The position numbers and the translations under genes are program-made. The notes beneath the pieces are model-generated. The model had not been told where the DNA came from. It made no database searches and saw only the letters and a program-made list of their open reading frames with translations. This document shows positions 1 through 9,509 of a stretch of 32,000 nucleotides of DNA, in pieces. The DNA comes from Candidatus Thorarchaeota archaeon (GTDB lineage: Archaea > Asgardarchaeota > Heimdallarchaeia > Hodarchaeales > Hodarchaeaceae), in NCBI GenBank assembly GCA_048882505.1, contig JBHLRO010000001.1:1-32000 (forward strand), in the 5' to 3' direction. Within the stretch, counting starts at the first letter, position 1. The number at the start of each line of letters is the position of its first letter.

Positions 1-2850
1 TACGCCCTCGCCATCTGAGGGGATAATAGCATAATGCCAAACTTCGCCTTTTATTACCCTGGTTCCTGATACAGTTAGAGTTCCGTTGAGGTTTCCTTGT
101 ATTATACCGTCCTTATACCACACTATCTCACTGATTGTTATTGTATCACTATCATTGTCAGTAAACGAAGCTATAACGTCTCCCAGTACTACTTGGATTC
201 CATTCTTTTTGGAAGGATCGACTGGTAAAGGAAGTTTCGAATCATTATAGGGCAAACTATTCAGAATCTGGACGTGAACCGACTCAAAAACCATTGAAAA
301 GTCTTCCCCGTCATATACTTGGATCTTAAACCACCAAACCTGATCCTTGCTGGTATTACCCCATTCTAGATAAGGTTTATTGAATAGATTTGTCTGATTT
401 TCCCCATTTTTAAACCAGGAAATCCGTGTTGAGCTATCATTTCTGCTATCACCATCATTATCAGAGAAATCCCAACTTGGAATCAGGGCATCCGTTGTAC
501 TTGGATTTTGCGTTAAGGTTAGGTTTTCTGCTATCGGAAGGGAATTGAGAATTGTTATATTGAAACCAAGGGACACAGCTGTTGAGGAAATCGCTTCGTC
601 AAAAGCTAAAACGGAAAATGTCCAATTCTGGCCTTTCGTTGTATTTCCAAATCCTAAATAACTTGAGGAGGTTGTATAATTCTTGCTGAGGAATTTCCCG
701 CCATTAAGGTACCAAGTAACATTAAATGTTAGAACATCCAATATATCTGCATCATTGGCGGACCAGCTGATATAAATGTCATCATTGGCGTATGGAGCCG
801 CTGTAATGGTCAAAGATCCTCCGTTTATTACGGGGGGTGAATTAACGATGATATATGTTGGTGATACGCTAATAGGCCCCCATGTAATTCCATCGTGAAC
901 TCTAATGGTGAAATTCCATTCGTCTCCCTCCGATGTTGCACTAATAGGCAGGTTCTGCATATTGTCATATTGATCCATCGAAATATTATTTCGGAACCAT
1001 ATGATTTCATGTAAAAACTCCGGATCATTGTCTGAATCGAAATAAGTGTAGTTTGCTGTTAGAACATCACTGGTTAAAGGAATAGATGGCGTCACATTTA
1101 AATACAACGCATTTGGAGCGGTATTTGATCGTGCTCCAATAATCATTAGTAGGGACGAATAATTTTGACTATAGGTCTCGCCATCAAACACCCTAAAGGT
1201 ATAATACCAAACTTGGCCTGCAGTTGTGTTGGTAATGTATATGGTGGTTTTATTCTGGAAAGAGGCGTCATGTACATAATTAATAAACCAATATACAATG
1301 AGTGCATTGGTATCTTCCAGATCACCATCAGCATCAAAATATGCGTATGTAATGTTGAAATCCTTGTCGGGAGCCACTGGCGAGGTTTCGTTGAAACCAT
1401 TACTGGAGATTAGAGGAACAGAGTTTTGAACCGTGATATTGTATCCCAAGCTCAAAGTAAGCGAATATGCTTCATTGTCATAAGCAGTGACGGCAAAAGT
1501 CCAGTTTTGATACTTAGAGGTATTGCCAGACTCGAGGATAACGTAATTTAGAGCCGTGGAATCAGTTGAATTCAAGATTCCATTTAGATACCAGCTAACG
1601 TTAAAGATTAATCCGTCGTTATCATTATCTGAAAAGTCCCAGCTGGCCTGTAAATTTTGAGTCGTGACAGGATCCGAAGTTAAGCTTAGGGCACTAACCT
1701 CTGGGGGTGTATTTAGGATGGTTACATTGTAACCAAGGCTTAGAATTTTGGAATAGTTTGTACCATCATATGCTTGCAAAGTGTACGTCCAATTATCAGC
1801 CTTCTTTGTAAAAATGTAAGCCATCGTGTCAGCATAGAGATTGGTAAGCGAGCTTCTATTCTTAATCCCGTTACGATACCAGGTTATATTGAATAACATT
1901 GTTGGAAGATCCCCACTATCGCTGTCATCAGCGGCCCAACTGGCCACAAGATCCTCAACGGTCGTGTTAAGATTTGAAGTCAAATCCATATTCGTAACAG
2001 AAGGAGGAGAATTCAGGATTTGCACGGGTGAAGGTAGAGCTGTCAGTACCGAGTAGTTCTCTCCATCAAAGATACGAATTTTAAAAGACCAAACCTCCCC
2101 TTTAGTGGTATTCCCTGGTTTTACATTTGTGGAATTAAACAGTGAAGTTTGATTTACCCCATACTTGAACCATGATATACTGTAAGAGACCTGGGGATCA
2201 GCATCCAGGTCGCTTATCGCCCAATTTGCTACAAGGGTTTCATTAGTATAGAGCGGATCTGGAGTAATGGCCAAATTTATGGCTTGTGGCACGCTGTTTT
2301 TTATAGTTACCATACCCGAAGTGGCCCAACTCGAATTATCACTACCATCAAAAGCCCTGATTCGGCAATACCAAGTTTCTCCCTTTGTTATATTTGCTGG
2401 TTGAAGTATGTTAAAATTATCGAAGGAGGAATTATACACGGAATTCCTATACCATTCAACAAAGTAATTTGCTATTATATCACCTTCATGATCAGCGGTG
2501 ATATTTGTAATACTTATCGTCGAGGTCGTATATGCTAAAACAGGATTGAGGATGACTGATTGGACATTTGGAGGAGTGTTCACAACGGTAATAGTAGAAG
2601 AATTTACCATTTCACCGAACAAGCCTCCACTTTTTGGTCTGACCGTTACATACCATTGATCTCCCCGATACAACGCTGATGCTGGTACTGTTTTCGTGTC
2701 ATTGAACGCTGGCTGAAGAACGCTATTATTGTACCATCGAATTTCCGTTCCGATTTCTGGTTCTCCAGCAGGGTCGTAAAAGTCATAGGTTAAAGTTAAT
2801 GAAGTATTACTCCATAAAATGGAGGGAGTTAAGGCCAAATTACTGATTCC
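1..2850 (-). repeat. At least 10 tandem ~95-aa Ig/cadherin-like beta-sandwich repeats
   Basis: Repeat starts seen in translation: RKPGIS, NTPPNV, NSVPQA, NSPPSV, NTPPEV, NSVPLI, NTAPNA, NSPPVI, NSLPIA, NSLPYN, each typically followed by an acidic DxD/DxDxD loop, a W(Y/F)xN strand and GxxWxFxIxxxDG. Confidence 0.8.
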
Positions 2851-5800
2851 TGGCTTTCTCTGATGTTCGGAACCAACTAAAAGGAAGGACGCTGGATTTT
2901 GTTGATTATTATATTCTGCTTCAACCCAGGCAACGGATTTAGTTGTATTTAATATTCTAACCTCGTCAATTATTCCATCAAACTCATTAAACGTATTCCA
3001 TGCTCCCACTTGAAAATCGTCGGTTATCGGGGAGATGGGAATGAAGTATGTGGTTCCTATTTTTACCCCATTGAGATAACACTTCAACATTTGTGAATTA
3101 CTGTCATAAGTATATGTTATATGATACCAAGTCGACGAACTCATGGTGTAGGCGAACCACCTAGTTGGACCCGTATCATCAAACTGGGGTTCATCGTTAT
3201 AAATCCCAAAATGATAGAAATCTGTTCCCGCCCGATCGATATTTACGATTGTATGCCATAATGTCCCTGAATCGTATTTGAACCATGCGGAAACAGTAAA
3301 ATCTTGAAGACTAATTGACTGTGTGGTGTATAATTGATCATTAGATCCGTCCAAATCAATCGCATTGGATACCTGACCAGTTACAAGATCAGATGAATCC
3401 ATTGATCCCGAAGGGGTAAGATGGAGAGCATTATCGTTACTATCCAGGATATTTCCTGGAGGGGTTTCCTCCATATGGTAAACAGCAAGATACTCCTTAC
3501 TCCATGTCTCCTTTTTAGATTCTTGACTGGATAGGCTGGAATTCCCATAATACATCGTTAAGGCATTTAATGTTGGAGAAATCCATGGTACAGTAACCCA
3601 AGCTGTTAGATGCGCGAGTGAAGGACTATAGCTTTGATTAAAATCCACTATTTCGTGATGCAACTTTCTTCCAGTTTCGTCGTAAAAAACCATATCGCTG
3701 GCATCAGCTTGTACGTTTGATTTTAGGTCTGAGTCGTACATGTCAAGGAGTATAGGGAAATTCCTCATTGGTTTGATTCTGATATAACTCACAATTAAAT
3801 ACACTTGAGAGACTCTTAGTTCGTAGCTAGTTTGAGAACTATCCATTGTAATCCATCCCCGAACGCCAAATTCGATATTTTGGAGGTCTTCCCATTGCCA
3901 AGGTTCATTTGTACGTGGATTTATTAACCATTCATCCCCATATGAAGCATAACCACCGCCTACAGCGTAATCGTTTCTGGTAGTTAATGTATATCCAGTT
4001 GAACCAATAACTCGTATATAATTTCGGAGTCTTGCGTTTATTAATGGTCCAGTGCGTCTAGCAACGCTGAATAAAGAGAGTCTAGTGATGTTAATATCCT
4101 TTGGAAGATCCTGTATGCTTGGATCATAGTATAAATCGTATCCGTTTTGCCAAGTGGAGCTGTTATGGTTTAGATCTTGATAGATGTAATTATAATCCCC
4201 ATCGCTTTCCTTATCAAGCACAACTTTGTAATTGGGAGCAGATGCCCCTCCTGTGGCATAGAAATCGCTATAAAGACCAGTAGCTTTCGGTTTGATGATG
4301 AAATTCTCTTCCTCACCAGTAATTGATGTACTATTAACAAACAAATCTTTTCTACGGCTAAAAGAATCGTTTTTCCACCAATTTGGATTGTCAACAGTTA
4401 CGCTGACGGAGTAAAACGAGTTGGGATCCTTTTGATTTACATATTCCGTCTGAATCCAATCGGGAGATAGAGTTTTTGATATTAGACGAATTTCATCGAT
4501 TTTACCATCGAAAAAGTTAGAATTATTTGCGTGAGCCCCTATTGTGAGATCTGCCAGATTATTGTCAGCGGAAAAAGTTTCAGGAGCCAAATCATCTGAG
4601 CCATAAAGAGAATAAACGGCACTATCATCTGCCCCATTAATGAACATGTTCCATTCGATAGGGTTTGAATTAATGCCAGTGTCGAAATTTATGGAAAAAG
4701 AGTACCACCCTGTCGGTAAAAGATTAAAATTGGAAGTAGATTTGTAATGCACCCCGTCATCGTCATCATCGGCTACGATGAAGTGGAGTGATCCGTCAGA
4801 ATTATCAATCCACAATGAGTAGCCAGTATATTCCGGGGAATCTGGATAAAATTTATCTAGGATGACATCTAACGTGGTTGTTGTATCCCTGTAGAACCAG
4901 CCTGAAATCGTATAATATGTGTCTCCTGTAAGATCAAGACTGTCTGTATCTGCCACGTTGATAAAATCATTAGTTCCATCGAAATCCTGCGCAGCACCTA
5001 TTTGGCCGCTCAATGTGAGATTATTACCGTTCTGATTGCCATCGTTATTATTAGGTGTGGAATCGATATGAACGCTCGAAGAAAAACTCCCATTAAGAAC
5101 AGAATCGCTCAGATGCCACACCCCTAGGTATTCAGACCACACATATTCTGCCTTGTTCATTCCTGGATCAACTTGATTACCGTAATACATGCCAATCTGA
5201 GTGTTTTCGGTAGCTGAAAGAGTGTCTAGTTGAATCCAGGCAACTAAATGGGCATGAGTCGAATTATAATATTGGTCAAAAAACTCTACTTCATAGAATA
5301 ACTTTCTTTTTGTTTTTAAATTAATGAAAACCAGGTTACTTGCGTTTGGCCACACATTCTCGCTATCATTAAGATCAACATCGTATAAATTCAAAAGAAA
5401 AGGATAATTGGTGAAATCACTGTTTCCAGAGACAAGAGATGAATTAATCGTAATAATTTTCTGATGTTTAAAAAAGAGATTAGCAAGGGCTTCCTGGTGG
5501 CCGATAGAATAGAAATGCGAAGAATTATAGAAATTCTGATATTCTGCGGAAATCCATTCTGCAGATCGTGCGCTTGTAGAGATTCTAACTTCGTCGTACG
5601 AGCCATCAAACAAGGAACTGGAAGAATCACTCCGAAAACCCAACCTAACTGGTAAATTTGGATCATACATTGATGAAGGGATATTTGTGGTGTTTTCGGC
5701 AACCATTTGACCATTAACATAAAAACGGAGATATGTTGATGGATTATATACTCCTACAACATGGTACCACTGACCAACAGTGATACGTTCGTAACCTACG

Positions 5801-6801
5801 CTTCTCATGTTCGATCCATCAGATGAAATTTGGAAGAACATCCATCCATCAGGAGCATTGGGAAAGTCATCGTCAAGGTTTATATCCCATCCACGGGAAC
5901 CACCACCCCCCATTTTATTGATCAAATAATCATTTTGGACTTCATCAGCCAGAAAATTAACTTCAAGCGTAAAGGCCCCCGTAATTTGTAGCTCTGAGGG
6001 ATTACCAAAATCAACAAAATCATTAGTTCCATCCAAATCAACTGAACCACATATTACGCCCTCCATCTGGTCACTTGAGGTCATAGCACCAGAAGTAGTT
6101 CCGTGGCTTGAAGGAGAAGTACTATCTATAATCTGAGGAGGGGCACCAGAGGGATCTTCATCCATATGCCATACTCCCACGTAATTGCTGTCCCAAACCC
6201 CAGATGGGTTTTCTTGGTTGGCAGCTGTAGAATTACCATAATACATTGATATAATCGTATTTGTAGTACTCGATAAGTTTGTTTTGACCCATGCAACAAA
6301 ACTGGGTTCATTCTGATCAAACAATTCAATCTGGAAGTCAAGTTTTGTCCCAGAATCATCCGTAAACAGAATATCATTTCCATTTGTTTGTTTAACATTT
6401 AACAGATCCGTATCACCATCTAAATTGATCAAAACAGGAAAATTCGTTAGATCTGCACTTACCTTGGCAGCGTTAATGGTGAAATTTTTCCGATACTCAT
6501 AACCTAAGCCCCCCCAGCTGGGCAGGGAATAACCTCCCATGATATTCATATTGGGAAATTTTCCATTTAATTGATCTCCGAGATCGGCTGAAGACGAGTT
6601 CCAGGAGGATTTCATCAAGCGTGGTATTAATCGAATATGTGACCCAGTAGACCCTTCGTACTTGGAATCTCCCATAATTTTAGCTGTTTTCCTTCCCATG
6701 ACTTCTAAAGATATACTGTCATGAATGCCAGCAGCGCTGATGATATTTAGTATCAATAGACCGAAAATTATAAGTCGAATCAATTCGCCCCTTTTTATCA
6801 A
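1..6801 (-). CDS. Giant secreted/surface protein, truncated by the left window edge (at least 2267 aa): signal peptide, 3 DUF2341+LamG (ConA-like) modules, at least 10 Ig/cadherin-like repeats; paralog of 14121..25136
   Basis: Translated by hand: one open frame from TTG at 6801 to base 1 with no stop; an in-frame TAA lies upstream at 6832-6834. N-terminus MIKRGELIRLIIFGLLILNIISAAG looks like a signal peptide. Modules contain RKNFTINAAKVSADLTNFPVLI, YVGVWHM, WYHVVGVY, DEVRIS. Repeats have N-[TS]-x-P-P ... WY ... KGxxW ... DG. Confidence 0.92.
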   Translation of the reverse strand, partial: MIKRGELIRLIIFGLLILNIISAAGIHDSISLEVMGRKTAKIMGDSKYEGSTGSHIRLIPRLMKSSWNSSSADLGDQLNGKFPNMNIMGGYSLPSWGGLGYEYRKNFTINAAKVSADLTNFPVLINLDGDTDLLNVKQTNGNDILFTDDSGTKLDFQIELFDQNEPSFVAWVKTNLSSTTNTIISMYYGNSTAANQENPSGVWDSNYVGVWHMDEDPSGAPPQIIDSTSPSSHGTTSGAMTSSDQMEGVICGSVDLDGTNDFVDFGNPSELQITGAFTLEVNFLADEVQNDYLINKMGGGGSRGWDINLDDDFPNAPDGWMFFQISSDGSNMRSVGYERITVGQWYHVVGVYNPSTYLRFYVNGQMVAENTTNIPSSMYDPNLPVRLGFRSDSSSSLFDGSYDEVRISTSARSAEWISAEYQNFYNSSHFYSIGHQEALANLFFKHQKIITINSSLVSGNSDFTNYPFLLNLYDVDLNDSENVWPNASNLVFINLKTKRKLFYEVEFFDQYYNSTHAHLVAWIQLDTLSATENTQIGMYYGNQVDPGMNKAEYVWSEYLGVWHLSDSVLNGSFSSSVHIDSTPNNNDGNQNGNNLTLSGQIGAAQDFDGTNDFINVADTDSLDLTGDTYYTISGWFYRDTTTTLDVILDKFYPDSPEYTGYSLWIDNSDGSLHFIVADDDDDGVHYKSTSNFNLLPTGWYSFSINFDTGINSNPIEWNMFINGADDSAVYSLYGSDDLAPETFSADNNLADLTIGAHANNSNFFDGKIDEIRLISKTLSPDWIQTEYVNQKDPNSFYSVSVTVDNPNWWKNDSFSRRKDLFVNSTSITGEEENFIIKPKATGLYSDFYATGGASAPNYKVVLDKESDGDYNYIYQDLNHNSSTWQNGYDLYYDPSIQDLPKDINITRLSLFSVARRTGPLINARLRNYIRVIGSTGYTLTTRNDYAVGGGYASYGDEWLINPRTNEPWQWEDLQNIEFGVRGWITMDSSQTSYELRVSQVYLIVSYIRIKPMRNFPILLDMYDSDLKSNVQADASDMVFYDETGRKLHHEIVDFNQSYSPSLAHLTAWVTVPWISPTLNALTMYYGNSSLSSQESKKETWSKEYLAVYHMEETPPGNILDSNDNALHLTPSGSMDSSDLVTGQVSNAIDLDGSNDQLYTTQSISLQDFTVSAWFKYDSGTLWHTIVNIDRAGTDFYHFGIYNDEPQFDDTGPTRWFAYTMSSSTWYHITYTYDSNSQMLKCYLNGVKIGTTYFIPISPITDDFQVGAWNTFNEFDGIIDEVRILNTTKSVAWVEAEYNNQQNPASFLLVGSEHQRKPGISNLALTPSILWSNTSLTLTYDFYDPAGEPEIGTEIRWYNNSVLQPAFNDTKTVPASALYRGDQWYVTVRPKSGGLFGEMVNSSTITVVNTPPNVQSVILNPVLAYTTSTISITNITADHEGDIIANYFVEWYRNSVYNSSFDNFNILQPANITKGETWYCRIRAFDGSDNSSWATSGMVTIKNSVPQAINLAITPDPLYTNETLVANWAISDLDADPQVSYSISWFKYGVNQTSLFNSTNVKPGNTTKGEVWSFKIRIFDGENYSVLTALPSPVQILNSPPSVTNMDLTSNLNTTVEDLVASWAADDSDSGDLPTMLFNITWYRNGIKNRSSLTNLYADTMAYIFTKKADNWTYTLQAYDGTNYSKILSLGYNVTILNTPPEVSALSLTSDPVTTQNLQASWDFSDNDNDGLIFNVSWYLNGILNSTDSTALNYVILESGNTSKYQNWTFAVTAYDNEAYSLTLSLGYNITVQNSVPLISSNGFNETSPVAPDKDFNITYAYFDADGDLEDTNALIVYWFINYVHDASFQNKTTIYITNTTAGQVWYYTFRVFDGETYSQNYSSLLMIIGARSNTAPNALYLNVTPSIPLTSDVLTANYTYFDSDNDPEFLHEIIWFRNNISMDQYDNMQNLPISATSEGDEWNFTIRVHDGITWGPISVSPTYIIVNSPPVINGGSLTITAAPYANDDIYISWSANDADILDVLTFNVTWYLNGGKFLSKNYTTSSSYLGFGNTTKGQNWTFSVLAFDEAISSTAVSLGFNITILNSLPIAENLTLTQNPSTTDALIPSWDFSDNDGDSRNDSSTRISWFKNGENQTNLFNKPYLEWGNTSKDQVWWFKIQVYDGEDFSMVFESVHVQILNSLPYNDSKLPLPVDPSKKNGIQVVLGDVIASFTDNDSDTITISEIVWYKDGIIQGNLNGTLTVSGTRVIKGEVWHYAIIPSDGEGV
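2860..6520 (-). repeat. Three tandem DUF2341+LamG modules (~350 aa each; the third carries a ~180-aa insert)
   Basis: The motif series W..RK.(F/I).I, N(F/Y)P.L, AW(V/I), MYYGN, (W/Y)H(M/L), DG.ND, DE(V/I)R recurs at about 6520, 5480 and 4320; boundaries approximate. Confidence 0.8.
6427..6465 (-). repeat. 39-bp exact inverted repeat, copy 1 (partner at 14457..14495)
   Basis: Reverse complement is aaggtaagtgcagatctaacgaattttcctgttttgatc, identical to 14457..14495; encodes KVSADLTNFPVLI in both genes. Confidence 0.95.
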
Positions 6802-7152
6802 GGTTAAAGCCTTCAGCCGCCTTTTTTCTATTTATTGGATAGAAATCCTTCAAATGCGTTAAGACTTGAAAGGTTTGATGACTTAACCCCAAGCATATAC
6901 TCCGTGGAGGATCCTAGAACATAAAGCGCAGAAACTTTACACCAGATGGAAGTGTGAGCCTCGGGTCAAGGGCTGGCTTAGTACTTGTGGAAGTCATATT
7001 AAAAGGGAACTAGATAAAGCGTTCTCCTTTGTTTATCCAGATAGTTCAAATGAGAATCAAAATTGAATTAGAAACCATCAGATGGTACTATGTCTCTAAG
7101 ACCGAAACTGGAATTAAGAGACTCTCGTATAAGTGTTCAAGTTAATCTATAT

Positions 7153-7962
7153 TCACAAAAGTTCCTTTTCAATAGCATTATCTATTCTTAGAGGATCTGG
7201 CGAATATAACGGTTCTGCATAGTCCACTCCAATCATAGATCCCAAAGTTTCATTAACTTCCTTGTAGCGATTTAAGTACTCATAATTTCCTTGATTTTGG
7301 AATTGGGACTTATATGCAAGGATTGCATTCCATTTGACGTCCGCATACTCCGAGATATCAACTAAAAACGAGCCTGGGAAAAATTGAAATGAATCAACGG
7401 GAGTAAAGAATAATTTTTTGATCCTATGAACTGGTAGGTGGTCAAAATATTTATCCCACTTAGTTAATCTAGAATAGAAGATCGCAGCCTCCGTTATTGA
7501 TTGGGCCTGATAGTGATCAGGGGATAACATCAGCGTGCGGCCAAAAATCGTCATTACAACCTTGGGGCGCCAACGGCGGAAAACGGTAGCCAACTTGCAG
7601 CGATTTTCGAAACTATCAGTTAGACGACGATTAGGTAAATCCAGCGTGATTCTTTCCACACCCAAAATTTTCGCTGCCTCTTGTGCTTCCTTCAAACGAT
7701 GCTCTGCATAATCAAGATCATAATCATCTGGTGAGCGGTATTTATCGTTTAACGGGGTGGGTTCAGCGTTTGTTAGATCTACAATTCCTACTTTAATGCC
7801 CAATGACGAGAGTTTATGCATTAATCCTCCGAGAGTCAATTCTACATCGTCAGGATGCGCCCCTACTGCCACTACCTCAACTGGATCGTCGTCTAAAGCA
7901 GTCATTTGGCCATTATCCGCCCCGGAGATCCTTCTTAAACCATCTGTATAATTCTGATTCAA
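7153..7962 (-). CDS. PIG-L/LmbE family (BshB1-like) zinc-dependent N-acetyl-sugar deacetylase
   Basis: VAVGAHPDDVELTLGG and SPDH metal-binding motifs, R..EAQEAAKILGV, K..AI.AY.SQF; alternative ATG start at 7905 (MTALDD). Confidence 0.88.
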   Translation of the reverse strand: MNQNYTDGLRRISGADNGQMTALDDDPVEVVAVGAHPDDVELTLGGLMHKLSSLGIKVGIVDLTNAEPTPLNDKYRSPDDYDLDYAEHRLKEAQEAAKILGVERITLDLPNRRLTDSFENRCKLATVFRRWRPKVVMTIFGRTLMLSPDHYQAQSITEAAIFYSRLTKWDKYFDHLPVHRIKKLFFTPVDSFQFFPGSFLVDISEYADVKWNAILAYKSQFQNQGNYEYLNRYKEVNETLGSMIGVDYAEPLYSPDPLRIDNAIEKELL

Positions 7963-8066
7963 GGAAGTGGATTTGAAAAGACAGGAGCAACATTACCTTA
8001 GTGGGCACATCAGTATTAGATTCTAGGTAATAACTCAATTTTAAATCACCTGGAAGACCTGATCTC

Positions 8067-8074
8067 AAAAAAAA
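8067..8074 (-). terminator. Possible archaeal oligo-T terminator (T8 on the minus strand) downstream of the crotonase gene
   Basis: Run of 8 A on the plus strand about 63 nt past the 8137 stop. Confidence 0.3.
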
Positions 8075-8136
8075 TACAGTTTACGCTTTTCTTCGTCAAA
8101 AATAAATAGGATTATGTTTCGAAAGAGGGGAAGTTC

Positions 8137-8931
8137 TCATATCCAGTTATTCTTTGAAGAATTCCACAGTTTTTGGATGAATTCATCCAATTTATCCTTA
8201 TCTCCCTCCATCGCGACATAAAAGGCTTCGGTTTCTACTTTAAAGAAATATTCTAAGTTATCCAAGTAAAATTTATTGATTAATGCCTTTATCGGGATCA
8301 TAATAGACTGATTTTTTTCTGCCAAACCTTGACAGAATTTGAGTGTGGTTTCCTCAAGTTTATCCAAAGAACAAGTCTTAGTAACAAGCCCCAATTCCGT
8401 AGCATCCTCCAAGGTCATTCTTTCCGGAATTAATAGAATTCGTCTAGCCTTTCTGAGATCTGTGTTAAATAAAGCCATAGTTAAAGCCCCAGTAGCTGGA
8501 AACATGTTTAGATCTATTTCTGGGAGACCAAAAAACGTTTTCGGACTATCTCCTGCAATTACGAAGTCTGCGGCGAGACAAATAATGGTCCCCCAGGCGA
8601 CAGCAGGTCCTTGTACCTGAACTACAATGGGTTTTTTTGATCGAATCATGGTTCGAACAAGATTATACCCATATTCAAGTAATTGGGGTACAGTTTCAAG
8701 CGTCAATTGCTGAACCATGTTTAAATCCAGACCCGCCGAGAAAGCACGATCCCCAGCCGATGAAATTCGAACAACGTGAACTAAATCATCAATGTTTGCT
8801 TCAGATATGTAGTGGATTAATTGATCGAATTCTATCATACGCAACGCATTGCGTTTTTCGGGTCTGTTAAGTGAAATAGTTGCAATTTGGTTTTGAACCA
8901 TATATGTAACTGGATCGGTTTCAGGCTCCAT
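8137..8931 (-). CDS. Enoyl-CoA hydratase/isomerase (crotonase) family protein
   Basis: LNRPEKRNAL, AFSAGLDL, KPIVVQVQGPAVAWG, FGLPEIDL. ATG at 8931 is preferred over the track's TTG at 8946 because GAAGGTGA precedes it. Confidence 0.92.
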   Translation of the reverse strand: MEPETDPVTYMVQNQIATISLNRPEKRNALRMIEFDQLIHYISEANIDDLVHVVRISSAGDRAFSAGLDLNMVQQLTLETVPQLLEYGYNLVRTMIRSKKPIVVQVQGPAVAWGTIICLAADFVIAGDSPKTFFGLPEIDLNMFPATGALTMALFNTDLRKARRILLIPERMTLEDATELGLVTKTCSLDKLEETTLKFCQGLAEKNQSIMIPIKALINKFYLDNLEYFFKVETEAFYVAMEGDKDKLDEFIQKLWNSSKNNWI

Positions 8932-8935
8932 ATAA

Positions 8936-8943
8936 TCACCTTC
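8936..8943 (-). promoter_or_regulatory. Shine-Dalgarno-like site GAAGGTGA for the crotonase gene
   Basis: GGTGA lies 4 nt before the ATG at 8931. Confidence 0.55.
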
Positions 8944-9231
8944 CAAAAGGAAAAAGGAAGAGAAATAATAAGAGATTCTCTAGGAGAGTCATTTGCGCAG
9001 AGATTACCGATATTTCTTTTAAAAATAAGGATAGAGGTCTCTATTTAGAATAAAAGTCTTTAGAATCTTTTTGAATCCACGAAGTAAGTTGATTCTCCGC
9101 CTTGATGACCCTATGTCAGGATTTCGCATACCTACTGAATTAAGAGAGCTCCGGTAATACTTCAGATTATTTGACAAACTCCTCTATCTGACAAACGGGA
9201 ATCCGATGCTTGTATGTAGGGCTGTTTCAAG

Positions 9232-9325
9232 TCTTGATTTATCAAGAAACAAGATTGCGGAATTAGGTTTGTTGGGAATGACTCCTACGAGAAAAATCTT
9301 AACCTCTCCTAGGTTATTAACCTAG
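9232..9325. promoter_or_regulatory. Two operator-like palindromes in the divergent intergenic region
   Basis: tcttgat-tt-atcaaga (9232-9247) and ctaggtta-t-taacctag (9309-9325) are perfect inverted repeats. Confidence 0.3.
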
Positions 9326-9509
9326 AGGTGAGAACTATTTTCTTGTTTGATTTCAATCTAAAAAGAGGCAATTGGGAGCATTGGCAATGGTTCTCATATT
9401 TCATATGCTGATGGGAGGAAAATTCACCTGTACCGATAACGCGGTGAAAGCACATAAAAACAATAAATCTGGAGGGATGATCAGTTCGTAATATTTGAGG
9501 AACTCATCC

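Noticed and set aside
828-6398. Short track ORFs in this span (e.g. 828..1028, 1146..1400, 1165..1413, 4170..4394, 5391..5720, 6126..6398)
   Set aside because: All overlap the continuous giant minus-strand frame and have no recognisable motifs; shadow ORFs
9387-9491. 34-aa ORF just upstream of the NTPase gene
   Set aside because: No motif or clear ribosome-binding site; expected by chance
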